From NCBI GenBank assembly GCA_963728635.1, contig CAVSKR010000001.1, positions 110,116 to 174,115 on the forward strand: a stretch of 64,000 nt of DNA, in the 5' to 3' direction. The notes beneath the pieces were generated by a model. It did not search any database and was not told where the DNA came from. It saw nothing but the letters and a program-made list of their open reading frames with translations. Of this stretch, positions 1-10,515 are shown piece after piece. Source of the DNA: an uncultured Chloroflexia bacterium (lineage in GTDB: Bacteria > Chloroflexota > Limnocylindria > Limnocylindrales > CSP1-4). The first letter of the stretch is position 1, and each line of letters opens with the position of its first letter. The translations under genes and the position numbers were made by a program.

Positions 1-644
1 TGCCGGCATACCAAGCCTTTCGTTGTCTCTGTCGCTCGCCACCCGGAAACCACCGGCGCTTCACGATCGCGATGGCTGGATCGATTTCGGGCCCGCGGGC
101 GGTTCCTACTACTACTCGCGCACGTCGATGGCGGCCGAGGGGTCGCTGCTGCTGGGCGAGACGACGTACCGCGTCGTCGGCGACGCGTGGTTCGACCACC
201 AGTGGGGCGATTTCATCAGCGTCGGTGGCGGCGGCTGGGACTGGTTCGCCGTCAACCTCGAGGACGGCACCGACCTGACGCTGTCGCTGGTGCGTGACGC
301 CGACGGGTCCTATCCGCTCGTGTACGGCACGCTCGTGGACGCGAACGGGACGACGCGTCACCTCGAGCGCGACGCGTTCACCGTGACAGCGACCCGGCGA
401 ATGGACGAGCCCGACGACCGGCGCGACCTATCCCGCCGCCTGGTCCATCGCGATCCCCGGGGAGCGGCTCACGATCGAGCTGGAGCCGACGGTCGCCGCA
501 CAGGAGCTCGACACGCGTCCCTCGACGGGCGTCGTGTACTGGGAGGGATCGCAGGTCGTCACCGCGCGGCGCGGCTCACAGGACCTGACCGGTGAGGGGT
601 ATGTCGAGCTGACCGGCTACGGGCCGTCCGGCGTCGCGCCCTGA
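1..644 (+). CDS. Lipocalin-like/AttH (CrtC hydratase-like) domain protein, 3' part; frameshift near 395
   Basis: SYYYSRT...AWFDHQWG...GWDWFAVNL motifs; after ~395 another frame reads WTSPTTGATYPAAW...QELDT...YWEG...GYVELTGY to TGA at 642-644. Confidence 0.75.
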
Positions 645-1441
645 GCCTTACTCGGCAGCGGGACGAGCGGCGGCAGCTCGACGTCGGCGCTCGCCGCGAG
701 ACCGCGCGACGCGGCGTCGAGATCGGTCAGGCCGACCATGAGCGCGAGCATCTGCCGGCCGGCGTCGACGTAGGCGCGCTCGTTCGCGAGCGACGCCGAC
801 AGACCCTCGTCGGCGATGCGGGCGATCGATGCATAAAACGCGGCCAGCGCCTGCGAGACGGCGTCGCCCTCGTCCCACGTGCCGACCGCCGGGGCGAGTC
901 GATCGCCGTAGGAGGCATTCGAGGCCAGGCCGCGAAGGAGTGGGGCGATCTCGGCGGATGAGGGCTTGGCCGCCGCGAGCGCCGTGGCCAGCAGATCGGC
1001 ATCGGCCAGGAGACGCTGGTTGACGACGGTCGATTGACGGAGCGCCGACAGCGCCGATGGGGGCACGCCCGGTGCCACGGGCGGTGGAGCGGCGGTCACG
1101 ACGGGTGCGGCCGACGGAACGACGGCGACTGATGGCTGGGCCACGGGGACGACCGCCGGCGGAGCCTGGATCGTCGACGACATCATCGCCACGCCCACTC
1201 CGCCGCCGCCGATGGCCAGGCCGGCGACCAGCCCCAGACCGACGAACCCGCTCACCTTCAGGAGCGGGACACCGGCGACCAGCCGCGTCCCGCAGCCGGC
1301 GCAGCGCGAGACGCCAACGGCCAGTGGCCGGGTGCAGCGCGGGCACAGGAAGATGTTCGCGTCGGGGACACCGATCGCGACCGGCTCCTGCGCCGTTTCG
1401 CGGCTTCGCTCGAGTGGACCGTGGAGTGCGTCGATGGTCAT
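617..1441 (-). CDS. Hypothetical membrane protein with N-terminal zinc ribbon
   Basis: CPRC...CAGC, hydrophobic helix, Pro/Ala-rich linker, helical C-terminal domain. Confidence 0.6.
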   Translation of the reverse strand: MTIDALHGPLERSRETAQEPVAIGVPDANIFLCPRCTRPLAVGVSRCAGCGTRLVAGVPLLKVSGFVGLGLVAGLAIGGGGVGVAMMSSTIQAPPAVVPVAQPSVAVVPSAAPVVTAAPPPVAPGVPPSALSALRQSTVVNQRLLADADLLATALAAAKPSSAEIAPLLRGLASNASYGDRLAPAVGTWDEGDAVSQALAAFYASIARIADEGLSASLANERAYVDAGRQMLALMVGLTDLDAASRGLAASADVELPPLVPLPSKAQGATPDGP

Positions 1442-1559
1442 GACGTGCCCAGTCTGCGTCGGTCCGGTGCGAATCCCAGTCGGACGAAAGTCCCTCGCGC
1501 CCCGGTACGTCGAGAACCGGCCCCGCGGCGCGACCTAGCCCAAACCGCGTCGTCTAGTC

Positions 1560-3318
1560 CTAAAGCGCGTGGACCGGACCCGACATCGTTCGAGGGACGA
1601 ACGCCACCTTTAGAACGGACTTACGCGATGCGTCGAGCTCCAGCTGCAGGTCCAGCTCGCCGCGCTCCCCGACGAGACGCCAGGCGGCCTCTGTCGTGCC
1701 GTTGCCCGCAGTCGGCGCCCCCAGCGTCACGGGTCCGAACAAGGCTTCGGCAGCCCGAAGCGCTCGCTCGATCGCAGCCCGATCACCCGGCACGGCGAGT
1801 CCCACGTCCGAAGGCCACGACGGATTGGGCTCGCCGAGGAGCTCGGCGAGCCGTTCCGCGATGACCCGCAGCTTGACGGCGGGCTCGGGAACCGAGGTGA
1901 TCGTGAGCTTCTGTACGCGTGGCCTCTTCTCCGGGCTGAGCAGGATTTCGATCCGCACGCGGCCGCGATCGCCATGCAGCCACCAGGCGAGGTGGGCCGG
2001 GGAATCGGATTCCGGAGCGACCGATGCGTCCGGTCGCAGGCTGCCGTGGACCTGGCGAAGCCGTTCGAGCTCAGCGCGGCGACGAGGCAGTGGCTCGTCG
2101 AGATCGACGTTCATCGCGAAGAGGGCGCGCGCCTCCTCCTCGTCCCAGCGTTCCAGGAGGCGCTCGACCGCGGTCCGAGCATGGGTCGTCTGCGACCAGG
2201 GACTCACTCGCCGGGCCCGCGCGGCCTCCTGATCAACGAGGGCGGCAACGGCCTGGCGGACCGGAATGAGCATTTCAACGTAGCGCGCATTCGCGAGAGC
2301 GACGACCCCTATCCCGGAGGCGGGATGCCAGCCCATCTGCGACCCATAACCCGGATAGCCGCCGCCGTGGGCGACGATCCGACCGAGGCCGAAGGTCGTC
2401 GATCACCGATAGGCCGTAGCCGTAGCCGCCGGAAATCACTGTCGGGGCCGCATCGGCCGACTCTCGTGTCAATTCGGGAGCAAACGATCGACGAACCTGT
2501 TGCATTTCGCGTCGGCTGGCACGGGACAGTGGGTGCCGATCCGGCGCATCGCGCGGTGGGAAAGCGTCCGTGAAGCCGCCCACCCAGCGAGCGAGGTCGC
2601 GCACCGACGAGAACGCCCCACCCATGGAGGCGAGGGCGCCGTACGGATCGATCGGCTCCTCGAGCCAGGCGTCGTCCCGGCGAACGTAGCCGACCGCCAG
2701 TCGCCCGTCGGGAATGTCGGCTCGCTCGAAGGTCGTCGCAGTCATGCCGAGTGGCTCCAGGATCCTCTGGGTGACGAAGTCCCGGTACTCCAGGCCGGCG
2801 GCGCGGGATACGACGCGGCCGAGGATCCCGTACCCGAGGTTGGAGTACTCGAATCGCGTGCCGGGTGTCCAGGCGAAGCTCATGCCCTCGCGCAACAGGT
2901 CCGCGAAACGGTCGAAGGCGAGCCCCTGCTGCCGGTCTCCCCACGGGTCGTCGGTCGCGAGGCCCCCCGACATCGTCAGCAGGTGTTCGATGGTGATGGG
3001 CGGCGAGTCGGTGCTCGGGCCATGGACGCCGGCCAGCTCCGGGACCCATGTCGCGACCCGGTCGTCGAGCCTTAGCCGGCCCGCATCGCGCAGCAGCAGG
3101 ACGGCCGCCGCGGTAAAACTCTTGGTCATCGAGGCGATCCGGAACACGGTGTCCTGGTCGGGCCGCAGGTCCGCCCCGTCACGGAGGGTGCCGAGCCCTC
3201 GAACGTGAGCGAGTTCGCCATCGATCACCACCCCATAGACGATCCCCGGGGCAAGCCCGCGCGCGGCAAACTGCTCGAAGATCTGATCGACTTCGGCTAT
3301 TCCCTCAGCCAACGACAC
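1560..3318 (-). CDS. Serine hydrolase, beta-lactamase/class C family; frameshift near 2390
   Basis: FRIASMTKSF (SxxK), FEYSNLGY (YxN), HGGGYPGY in the second frame; ORFs 2275-3411 and 1560-2336 join. Confidence 0.85.
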
Positions 3319-3323
3319 CCCGC

Positions 3324-4328
3324 CTATCCCGCGTAGTCGACGAGCGGCAGATGGCATCGGGTGGAGTGGGCGGGGCTCAGTTGCGTAACACCCGGTTCCT
3401 CGATCGTGCACCGCTCGATGGCATATGGGCAGCGCGTGTGGAAGCGGCAGCCCGACGGCGGGTCCAACGGGTCGGGCGCATCACCGCGGATCGTCGTCTC
3501 CGGCGCGCCGCCCAAACGTGCCACGCCAGGCACGAGCATCGATGCCCGAAGGGCCGCCAGATACGGATGAGCGGGGCGGTGGAAGGCGTCGGCTGCGGGG
3601 ACATCCTCGACGATCATCCCCATGTACATCACGAGGATCCGTTCGGCGAGGTGGCGGACGACCTCGAGGTTGTGCGAAATGACGATCAAGGTCAGGCCGA
3701 GCTCGGAGCGCAGGTCGCCGAGCAAGTTCAGGATCTGGGCCTGGATCGAGACGTCGAGAGCCGATACGGGCTCATCGCAGACGAGCAGGCGCGGCTCGAC
3801 GCAGAGCGCGCGGGCGATGCCGATCCGCTGCCGCTGGCCGCCCGAGAACTCGTGCGGGTAGCGCGCCTGATTCACTGTGCCCAAACCGACCAGATCGAGC
3901 AGGCGAGCGACCCGCGCCCGTCGCTCCATGGCTGTCCCCAGTCCGCCGATCTCGGCCGGTTCGGCGATGATCTCGCCGACCGTCATCCGCGGATCGAGCG
4001 ACGTGAAGGGGTCCTGGAAGACCACCCCCATGCGACGCCACATCGGGCGAAGAGCGGCCCGACCGAGATGCGTGATGTCCGTTCCGTCGAACATCACGCG
4101 ACCCGAGTCAGGTTCGAGGAGCCGTACGATGCAGCGTGCCAGGGTGGACTTGCCGGAGCCCGACTCCCCGACGATCCCGACCGCCGCCCCGGCCTCAACT
4201 GAGAACGACACCCCATCGACAGCCCGAAGCACCTGCGGACGACGCCTGAACAGGCCCTGGCGCACCGGGAAATGGCGGACTACATCGTCGACGACGAGCA
4301 ACGGCGACAAGCCCGTGCGTCCATCCAT
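3324..4328 (-). CDS. oppF: Oligopeptide/dipeptide ABC transporter ATP-binding protein (OppF-like)
   Basis: GESGSGKST, FSGGQRQR, VCDEPVSALD, C-terminal GCRFHTRCP. Confidence 0.92.
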   Translation of the reverse strand: MDGRTGLSPLLVVDDVVRHFPVRQGLFRRRPQVLRAVDGVSFSVEAGAAVGIVGESGSGKSTLARCIVRLLEPDSGRVMFDGTDITHLGRAALRPMWRRMGVVFQDPFTSLDPRMTVGEIIAEPAEIGGLGTAMERRARVARLLDLVGLGTVNQARYPHEFSGGQRQRIGIARALCVEPRLLVCDEPVSALDVSIQAQILNLLGDLRSELGLTLIVISHNLEVVRHLAERILVMYMGMIVEDVPAADAFHRPAHPYLAALRASMLVPGVARLGGAPETTIRGDAPDPLDPPSGCRFHTRCPYAIERCTIEEPGVTQLSPAHSTRCHLPLVDYAG

Positions 4329-5359
4329 CAGGCGCTCCGTGCGGCGGAGCCGGCATCCCTGACTGCGCGCGCGTGGACAGCCGCGTGAGCATGTCGGGTC
4401 GGCACGTCGAGATGACACGCGAATCGGTGGGCGGGCTGATCGACCTCAGACACGAGAAGCGGCGTCACCGTCCTGCACATCTCGAGTGCGGCCTCACACC
4501 TCGGCGCGAAAGCACAGCCCTCGGGTTCGTGCTCGAGGCGCGGCGGGCTGCCCGGGATCGGGCGCAGCCGACCGCCGATCCCAAGCGACGGCAGCGAGGC
4601 CATCAACCCCCATGCGTATGGATGTGCCGGACGCCCGAACAGATTGGACGTGGGGCCCTCCTCGACGATGGCTCCGGCGTACATGACTGCGACGTGGTCG
4701 CAGATGCGATCGACGACCCCGAGATCGTGAGTGATCAGGATGACCGCCGTGCCCGTCCCGCGAGTCAACCGGGCGAGGAGGTCCAGGATCTGAGCCTGCG
4801 TGGTCACGTCGAGCGCGGAGGTCGGTTCGTCCGCGATCAGTAGCGCCGGCCGATTGATCATCGCCATCGCGATCATGACGCGCTGCCGCAGCCCGCCGGA
4901 CAATTCATGCGGATAGGCGCCGAGGCGGCGCTCGGCAGCCGGGAAACCGACGTCCGATAAGGCCTCGAGGACGCGCCGGCGCAGTTCGCTATGGCCGACC
5001 CGCTCGTGCACCGTGATCGCCTCTCCGAGCTGGTCGCCGATGGAGCGAACCGGGTTGAGCGACGACATCGGATCCTGGGAGACCAAGCCGATCCGGCGAC
5101 CGCGGACGTGCCGCAGCTCGCGCTCCGGCAAGCTGAGCAGATCGCGGCCCTCGAACCAGGCCGTTCCGCTGACCGTCGCGTTCGCAGGCAGCAAGCCGAG
5201 GGCCGCTCGGCACGTGGCCGACTTGCCCGAGCCCGACTCCCCGACGATGCCGAGCACGCGACCGGGCTCGACGGCGAGGGAGACGCCGCGCACGGCGTGC
5301 ACGGCGCCTCCTGCCCCCGTGAAGCGGACGGCTAGGTTCTGGATGTCGATGGTCGGCAA
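4328..5359 (-). CDS. oppD: Oligopeptide/dipeptide ABC transporter ATP-binding protein (OppD-like)
   Basis: GESGSGKS, LSGGLRQR, IADEPTSALD, GCAFAPRC. Confidence 0.92.
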   Translation of the reverse strand: MPTIDIQNLAVRFTGAGGAVHAVRGVSLAVEPGRVLGIVGESGSGKSATCRAALGLLPANATVSGTAWFEGRDLLSLPERELRHVRGRRIGLVSQDPMSSLNPVRSIGDQLGEAITVHERVGHSELRRRVLEALSDVGFPAAERRLGAYPHELSGGLRQRVMIAMAMINRPALLIADEPTSALDVTTQAQILDLLARLTRGTGTAVILITHDLGVVDRICDHVAVMYAGAIVEEGPTSNLFGRPAHPYAWGLMASLPSLGIGGRLRPIPGSPPRLEHEPEGCAFAPRCEAALEMCRTVTPLLVSEVDQPAHRFACHLDVPTRHAHAAVHARAVRDAGSAARSA

Positions 5360-5394
5360 TCAGGGACCTGCCGCTGGAGGCGCATATCGACGAC

Positions 5395-7143
5395 TCACGG
5401 ACAGCGCCCGAGGGTCGTAAGGTCCAGCTGGTAGACCGGATGGATCAGGAGTCCGCAGTAGCCGTCGGCCACCATGGTCACTCGGACCGAGTTCACGAGA
5501 GGCGCCCACGGGGCATGGTCGCGCATGATCTGCTCGTCCAGTTCGTGCCATGCGGTTTCCGCTGATGGGTCGAGCGAGGCGGTCAGCTCGTGGATCCGAT
5601 CGTTGATCGACGACTCGTTGAACATCGCGCGATTCTGATTGTTCGTAGGCGTGATCCGCGTGCCATCCAGCAGCACCCCGATGAAGTTGTCAGGGTGTGG
5701 GTAGTCCTGGAACCATGGATCGATCCCCGACGGGACCCGATTGGCCACGGTCGTCGTGACCGAGTAGTGAACGGCACCCGGCGCCAACTCGACCGCAGCC
5801 TCGATCCCCACGTCCTTCAGCTGCGCCTGGATCGTCTGGGCCATGTCGGACAGGCCGGCTTGGTCGTTGCCCGTCCGGATGGTGATCTTGATGGGGAGGG
5901 GCAACCCCGACTCGGCCAGGAGTTGCTTGGCCTTCTCCGGGTCGCCAGCGGCCGGGTAGATGTCGGCGTCGGTCCAGCCGGCCATCGTGGGTGGAAGGAT
6001 CTGGTCCGTGACAGCCGCCTGAGAGGGGCCACCCAGGACGCGCTGGATGTCGTTTCTGCTGATCGCATAGTTGATGGCCTGGCGGACCTTGACGTTGTCC
6101 AGCGGCGGCTCCTGCGTGTTGAGCCACAGATACGTGACCGTGGCGATGGTATCGGCGAAAACGCGGCCGGCGAGCGTCGTGTCCGCTAGTGCCTGGCCTC
6201 CATCAGCCGCGGGAATGAGGTCCATGAACGTCGCAATCTGGCCGGACCGGATGACAAGGGCCGATTGAGTCGGATCGATCGTCGTATCGATCGTGATCTT
6301 GTCAAGCGCGCCGCGCTCGCCGAGGACGTCTGCGGCGTAGTCCGGATTGCGGACGAGGACCAGCGCCCGCTGTGGTGTGTACGACTCGACCATGTACGGG
6401 CCGGTCACCAGGAGGCTGCCGTCTTCGATCGGCTCGATCGGCGTCCCGCTCGGGACCGGGCAGCTGAACGGCATCGTCAGGCGGGCAAGGAACGAGGCCG
6501 GGGGATCGGTCAGCTTGAAAGTGATCGTGTCACCGGCGACGGTGATGCCGGACACATCGTTCGCATCGCCGGCCATGTACGCGGCAGCGCCGTCGATCGC
6601 GGTGAAGAAGCCGGCCCCGGGCGACGCCATCGCGGGGTTGAGCATCCGCTCGAAGGTGTATTTGATGTCGGCACCGGTGATCGGGGCACCACCCTTGAAT
6701 TTCGCGCCGCTACGCAACGTGAACGCATAGGTCGTTCCGTCGTCCGAAACGACGGGCAGGTCGGCAAGGCCGGCCTCGATCTTTGCTCCCGCCTCTCCGG
6801 ACGCATCGGGGTAACGAACCAACGTCGTGCACGTGGCGTACCCGATCTGCCAGGTTGTCTGGAAGTACCAGAGGGCAGGCTCCAAGTGGTCGATGCCACC
6901 CGCGGCCAGACCGACAGTCGCATCGCCGCCCTTGGTGGCCGGTCGGCGCGAGTCGTTTTCGGCCGGGGCGCTGCCACTCGGGGCGCTGCCACTTGGCACG
7001 CTACCGCTCGGCACGACCCCGCTCGGCGCGACCGACGTCGCAGTTGGCCCGCAGCCAACCACGACCGCAACGAGGCTCAGCAGCGCCAACCACGTCACCG
7101 ACCAGCGCCGACGACCCCGGTGCCGTCTCAGAATCGCATCCAT
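5395..7143 (-). CDS. ABC transporter substrate-binding lipoprotein, family 5 (OppA/DppA-like)
   Basis: Signal peptide with VVGC lipobox, PSG repeat linker, TGPYMV, PPLDNVKVRQAINYAI. Confidence 0.9.
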   Translation of the reverse strand: MDAILRRHRGRRRWSVTWLALLSLVAVVVGCGPTATSVAPSGVVPSGSVPSGSAPSGSAPAENDSRRPATKGGDATVGLAAGGIDHLEPALWYFQTTWQIGYATCTTLVRYPDASGEAGAKIEAGLADLPVVSDDGTTYAFTLRSGAKFKGGAPITGADIKYTFERMLNPAMASPGAGFFTAIDGAAAYMAGDANDVSGITVAGDTITFKLTDPPASFLARLTMPFSCPVPSGTPIEPIEDGSLLVTGPYMVESYTPQRALVLVRNPDYAADVLGERGALDKITIDTTIDPTQSALVIRSGQIATFMDLIPAADGGQALADTTLAGRVFADTIATVTYLWLNTQEPPLDNVKVRQAINYAISRNDIQRVLGGPSQAAVTDQILPPTMAGWTDADIYPAAGDPEKAKQLLAESGLPLPIKITIRTGNDQAGLSDMAQTIQAQLKDVGIEAAVELAPGAVHYSVTTTVANRVPSGIDPWFQDYPHPDNFIGVLLDGTRITPTNNQNRAMFNESSINDRIHELTASLDPSAETAWHELDEQIMRDHAPWAPLVNSVRVTMVADGYCGLLIHPVYQLDLTTLGRCP

Positions 7144-7184
7144 GTCCGTCCTCCATCGTTCACGAGCCGGGCCCAGCCGACACG

Positions 7185-8186
7185 CTATGCCGTATGCCGC
7201 ACCCGTGGGTCGAATGCGGCCTGTGCCAGATCTGCAACCGTGTTGGCGAACACGGCCATCAGCCCGGCGAGAGTGATAGCCCCCACGGTCATCGGGTAGT
7301 CGAGATTCCGGATTGAGCTCACAGCCAGGAACCCGATGCCCGGCAGGCCGAAAGCCTGCTCAACGAACAGGGCACCTCCGAGCGTCGCGCCGACATCGAG
7401 GCCGAGCAGGATGATGATCGCGGGCGCCACGACCGGTCCGATGTGATAGCGGACTACCCCGCTGGTCGACAAGCCTTTGGCTCTCGCGACGAGCACGTAC
7501 TCCTTGTTGAGCTGCTCACGCACGAGCGCACGAATGAAGCGGGCGTAGAACGCCGCGAACCCAATCGAGAGCGCCAGCGCCGGGAGCACGAGATGGCGCA
7601 GCCATTCGGAGGGCGACTCTCCGAACTCCCGGTAGCCTTGAATGGGGAACACGGTTACTGACCGGCCAAGGTCGATTCCGAACAGCAACCCCTGGCTCGG
7701 CTGGAATGCCAGGAAGTACACGAGCATCGGCGCCACCCAGAAGACGGGCGCGGAGATACCGACTTGGCTGAGCGTGGTGAGCAGTCGGTCAAGCCGGCTC
7801 CCGAGCCGGAGGGCCCCGGCTAGCCCGAGTGGGATGGCCAGCGCCATCCACATCACGGCAGCGAGTCCGACCAGGGCAGCCGTAACGCCCGCCGCCGGGA
7901 TAAGAAGGTTTGAGACTGGTTGGCGATAGGCGAACGAGTAGCCGAAGTCGCCTCGCGCGACGCCGCCCAGGAATCGAAGGTACTGCTCATAGATGGGCCG
8001 ATCCGTGCCCAGGATTTCCGCGACGCGCGCAACCTGCTCCGGGGTTGCCGTCCGACCAGCGACACGCTGCTCGGGGCTCGCGCCCGTAGCGGCCGACACC
8101 ACGAAGAAAAGGGCGTACGCGATGAATGTCACGAGAAGGACCTGGAGAATGGCGGCGGCCAGCCGACGGCCCAGGAAGCCGATCAT
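7185..8186 (-). CDS. oppB: Peptide ABC transporter permease (OppB-like)
   Basis: GDFGYSF, EYVLVARAKGL (EAA loop), multiple TM helices. Confidence 0.9.
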   Translation of the reverse strand: MIGFLGRRLAAAILQVLLVTFIAYALFFVVSAATGASPEQRVAGRTATPEQVARVAEILGTDRPIYEQYLRFLGGVARGDFGYSFAYRQPVSNLLIPAAGVTAALVGLAAVMWMALAIPLGLAGALRLGSRLDRLLTTLSQVGISAPVFWVAPMLVYFLAFQPSQGLLFGIDLGRSVTVFPIQGYREFGESPSEWLRHLVLPALALSIGFAAFYARFIRALVREQLNKEYVLVARAKGLSTSGVVRYHIGPVVAPAIIILLGLDVGATLGGALFVEQAFGLPGIGFLAVSSIRNLDYPMTVGAITLAGLMAVFANTVADLAQAAFDPRVRHTA

Positions 8187-9124
8187 GTCCCTCCGCCCGG
8201 CATGAGCCTTTCCCGGAAGGAGTCGGTCAGGATGTTGAGTGTGAGGGTCGTGCCGACAAGGGCGAGGCCTGGGATGATGGCCACCCACGGCTGGATCCGG
8301 TACAGGCCGGTCGTCACGCCATCAGCCAGCATCTGCCCCCAACTCGGAGCCGGCGGCGGGACGCCGAGCCCGAGATAGGACAGGCCCGCCTCGGTCAAGA
8401 CGTTCACGGCCACCACGCTTGTCGCGTACACGATGAGGGGCGCTGCGAGCTGGGGCAGCAGATGCCTGCCGAGGACACGTCGATCGGAGGCGCCGGCCAC
8501 GATCGCGGCGTCAACGAATGCCTCGTTCCGAAGACTCAGAACCGCCGAGCGCACGATCCGCGCCGGGTAGTACCACGTGAATAGCGCGATGACCACAACC
8601 ACGTTGAGCAGCCCAGGGCCGAGAACGGCGGCGAGGCCGATGGCGAACAGGAGTGAGGGGAATGCCATCGCAGCCTCGGTGCCGCGCGACACCACGGAAT
8701 CGATCCGACCGCGGAAGTAGCCGGCCAGAAGGCCCAGTGGTACCCCGATGAGGAGCGCGATCGAGGTGGCGGCGAAGCCGACGACCAGCGTCACGCGCGC
8801 CCCGTAGAGCAGCCGTACGAACGTGTCGCGCCCGAGGCGGTCGGTCCCGAGCACAAAGAACGCGCCCGCGGGATCGGGCGTGCCATCAGCCAGTAGTGCG
8901 CGCGAGAGTGGCGCGAGCGGGATGCCGGCCGGTGTGAGGCCACCGCTGAACGGCTGTTCGGGGCCGTGGCCGGTCAGTGCCTCGGCGAGCGGCGCACCCA
9001 CCGCGGCCAGCAAGAAAACCACGACCAGCATGGACCCGGCAACGATCGCTGACCGATCGCTGCGTGCAGTCCGACGGCCAAACCGGAGCAAGCGCGGGGT
9101 AGCGGGGGCGACCTCAGCTCGCAC
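8183..9124 (-). CDS. oppC: Peptide ABC transporter permease (OppC-like)
   Basis: LGTDRLGRD, FVDAAIVAGAS, LSYLGLGVPPPAPSWG. Confidence 0.92.
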   Translation of the reverse strand: MRAEVAPATPRLLRFGRRTARSDRSAIVAGSMLVVVFLLAAVGAPLAEALTGHGPEQPFSGGLTPAGIPLAPLSRALLADGTPDPAGAFFVLGTDRLGRDTFVRLLYGARVTLVVGFAATSIALLIGVPLGLLAGYFRGRIDSVVSRGTEAAMAFPSLLFAIGLAAVLGPGLLNVVVVIALFTWYYPARIVRSAVLSLRNEAFVDAAIVAGASDRRVLGRHLLPQLAAPLIVYATSVVAVNVLTEAGLSYLGLGVPPPAPSWGQMLADGVTTGLYRIQPWVAIIPGLALVGTTLTLNILTDSFRERLMPGGGT

Positions 9125-9186
9125 AGCACCTTCCGAGTTCGGTGATGGGAACTCGATCCTCGGTGCATTTTCGCGAGACCGAGGCT

Positions 9187-9202
9187 ATGCAACCGATTGC
9201 AT
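9187..9202. promoter_or_regulatory. LacI-family-like operator upstream of the opp operon
   Basis: ATGCAACCGATTGCAT, near-palindrome with central CG (TGxAAxCGxTTxCA pattern). Confidence 0.55.
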
Positions 9203-9286
9203 GAAAACGTACCACCAGTGTCCGTGCATTGCAACGCATCCGCAGACGGTGGCTCTCGCCCATCGAGCCTGCTCGTCGCGACGCGT

Positions 9287-9315
9287 TGGACACCCAGACT
9301 GAGACTCAGTATCAT
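9287..9315 (+). promoter_or_regulatory. Sigma-70 promoter of fur/zur overlapped by a Fur/Zur-like box
   Basis: TGGACA-N17-TATCAT 8 nt before the ATG; TGAGACTCAGTATCA (9300-9314) resembles the 7-1-7 Fur/Zur box. Confidence 0.55.
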
Positions 9316-9323
9316 TCGGTGCC

Positions 9324-9758
9324 ATGACCGACTCGACCGCTGTCCAGGACGCGCTCGACGAGGCCGGCTATCGATTGACGGAGGCGCGTCGCTCGATCGC
9401 CGACCTGATCGCCGCGCGCGACGGGCATTTCACGGCAGCCGACCTCGTCGCGGACGCTCGCAAGCGGCGGATCGGAATCGGTCGCGCGACGATCTTCCGG
9501 ACGCTCGACGTCCTCGCCGAGCTCCGCGCCGTGGAGCGCCTCGACCTGCCGACCGGCGAGCATGCCTACGTCGCCTGCGAGCCCGTGCACCACCACCACG
9601 TCATCTGCTCGAACTGCGGCGCCGGCCGTGACGTCGATGACGCCGGCTGGCGGGCCGTCGTCCGCGATATCGAACGTCGGACCGGCTACCGCATCGACGA
9701 CCACCGGCTCGAGCTGTTCGGGCGCTGCCCGGCATGCCAGCAGAGAGGCGTCGCCTGA
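9324..9758 (+). CDS. Fur family transcriptional regulator (Zur-like)
   Basis: RATIFRTLDVL, HHHHVICSNCG, GRCPAC; coupled to a ZIP transporter. Confidence 0.92.
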   Translation: MTDSTAVQDALDEAGYRLTEARRSIADLIAARDGHFTAADLVADARKRRIGIGRATIFRTLDVLAELRAVERLDLPTGEHAYVACEPVHHHHVICSNCGAGRDVDDAGWRAVVRDIERRTGYRIDDHRLELFGRCPACQQRGVA

Positions 9759-10513
9759 TGCCGATCGCCGCGCTCGCCGTGTCGTTCGGCGCATTCGCCT
9801 CGGCGCTGATCGGCGGCTGGCTGGCGATGCGCGCGGTGCGCTACGTCGGGGTGATCATCGCCGTGGGTGCCGGCATCCGGATCGGCGCGGCCTTCTTCGA
9901 TCTCATCCCGGAGTCGGTCGAGCACCTCGGGTCGATGGACCTCGCCATGGTCTGGGTGGCGCTCGGCTTCCTGGCCTTCTATGCGGTCGACAAAGTCACA
10001 TCACTTCACGTGGGCCACGAAACGGCCGCCGAGCTCGACCATGACACCGTCGCCCATCAGCACATCGGCGTCGTCGGTGCAGCCGGCATGGGGATCCATA
10101 GCTTCCTCGACGGTGTCGCCCTGGCCGCCGCTCTCGCCGTCGGCGGAGGGATCGGAGTGATCATCGCCACGGTCGTCATCGTCCACCGCTTCAGCGACGG
10201 CATCGGCGTGGTCAGCTTCCTCCTCGCCAGTCGAGCCTCGGCGAGCACGGCCTGGCGATGGGTCCTTCTCGTCGCAGCTGCCCCCGTCGTCGGTGTGTTA
10301 CTCGGTTCGGTCATCACGGTGCCGGACTCGGTGCTCGGCGCGGTCCTCGGATTCTTCGCCGGCTTCTTTCTCTACGTCGGTGCCGCAGAACTGCTTCCAG
10401 AGGCGCATCGGCGCGGAGGCTCGACTGCCGTGGTCGCGGCCACACTGGGCGGCGCGCTGGCGATCTACCTGTTCTCAGTCGCAGTGGGAGCGATCGGCGG
10501 CGACGTCCACTAG
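9758..10513 (+). CDS. ZIP family metal transporter
   Basis: HSFLDG, VHRFSDG, ELLPEAH, His-containing loop, many TM helices. Confidence 0.9.
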   Translation: MPIAALAVSFGAFASALIGGWLAMRAVRYVGVIIAVGAGIRIGAAFFDLIPESVEHLGSMDLAMVWVALGFLAFYAVDKVTSLHVGHETAAELDHDTVAHQHIGVVGAAGMGIHSFLDGVALAAALAVGGGIGVIIATVVIVHRFSDGIGVVSFLLASRASASTAWRWVLLVAAAPVVGVLLGSVITVPDSVLGAVLGFFAGFFLYVGAAELLPEAHRRGGSTAVVAATLGGALAIYLFSVAVGAIGGDVH

Positions 10514-10515
10514 GC

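Noticed and set aside
1560-3318. Antibiotic-resistance beta-lactamase
   Set aside because: No signal peptide, and it lies in an uptake operon; a generic serine hydrolase/esterase is more likely.
5360-5398. In-frame TGA just before the oppD TTG start as selenocysteine or readthrough
   Set aside because: Not a Cys-equivalent position, no SECIS-like hairpin evident, and the upstream peptide adds nothing conserved.
6962-7030. 15-bp tandem repeats as a CRISPR-like array
   Set aside because: They encode the PSG linker of the binding lipoprotein; no spacers and no cas genes.
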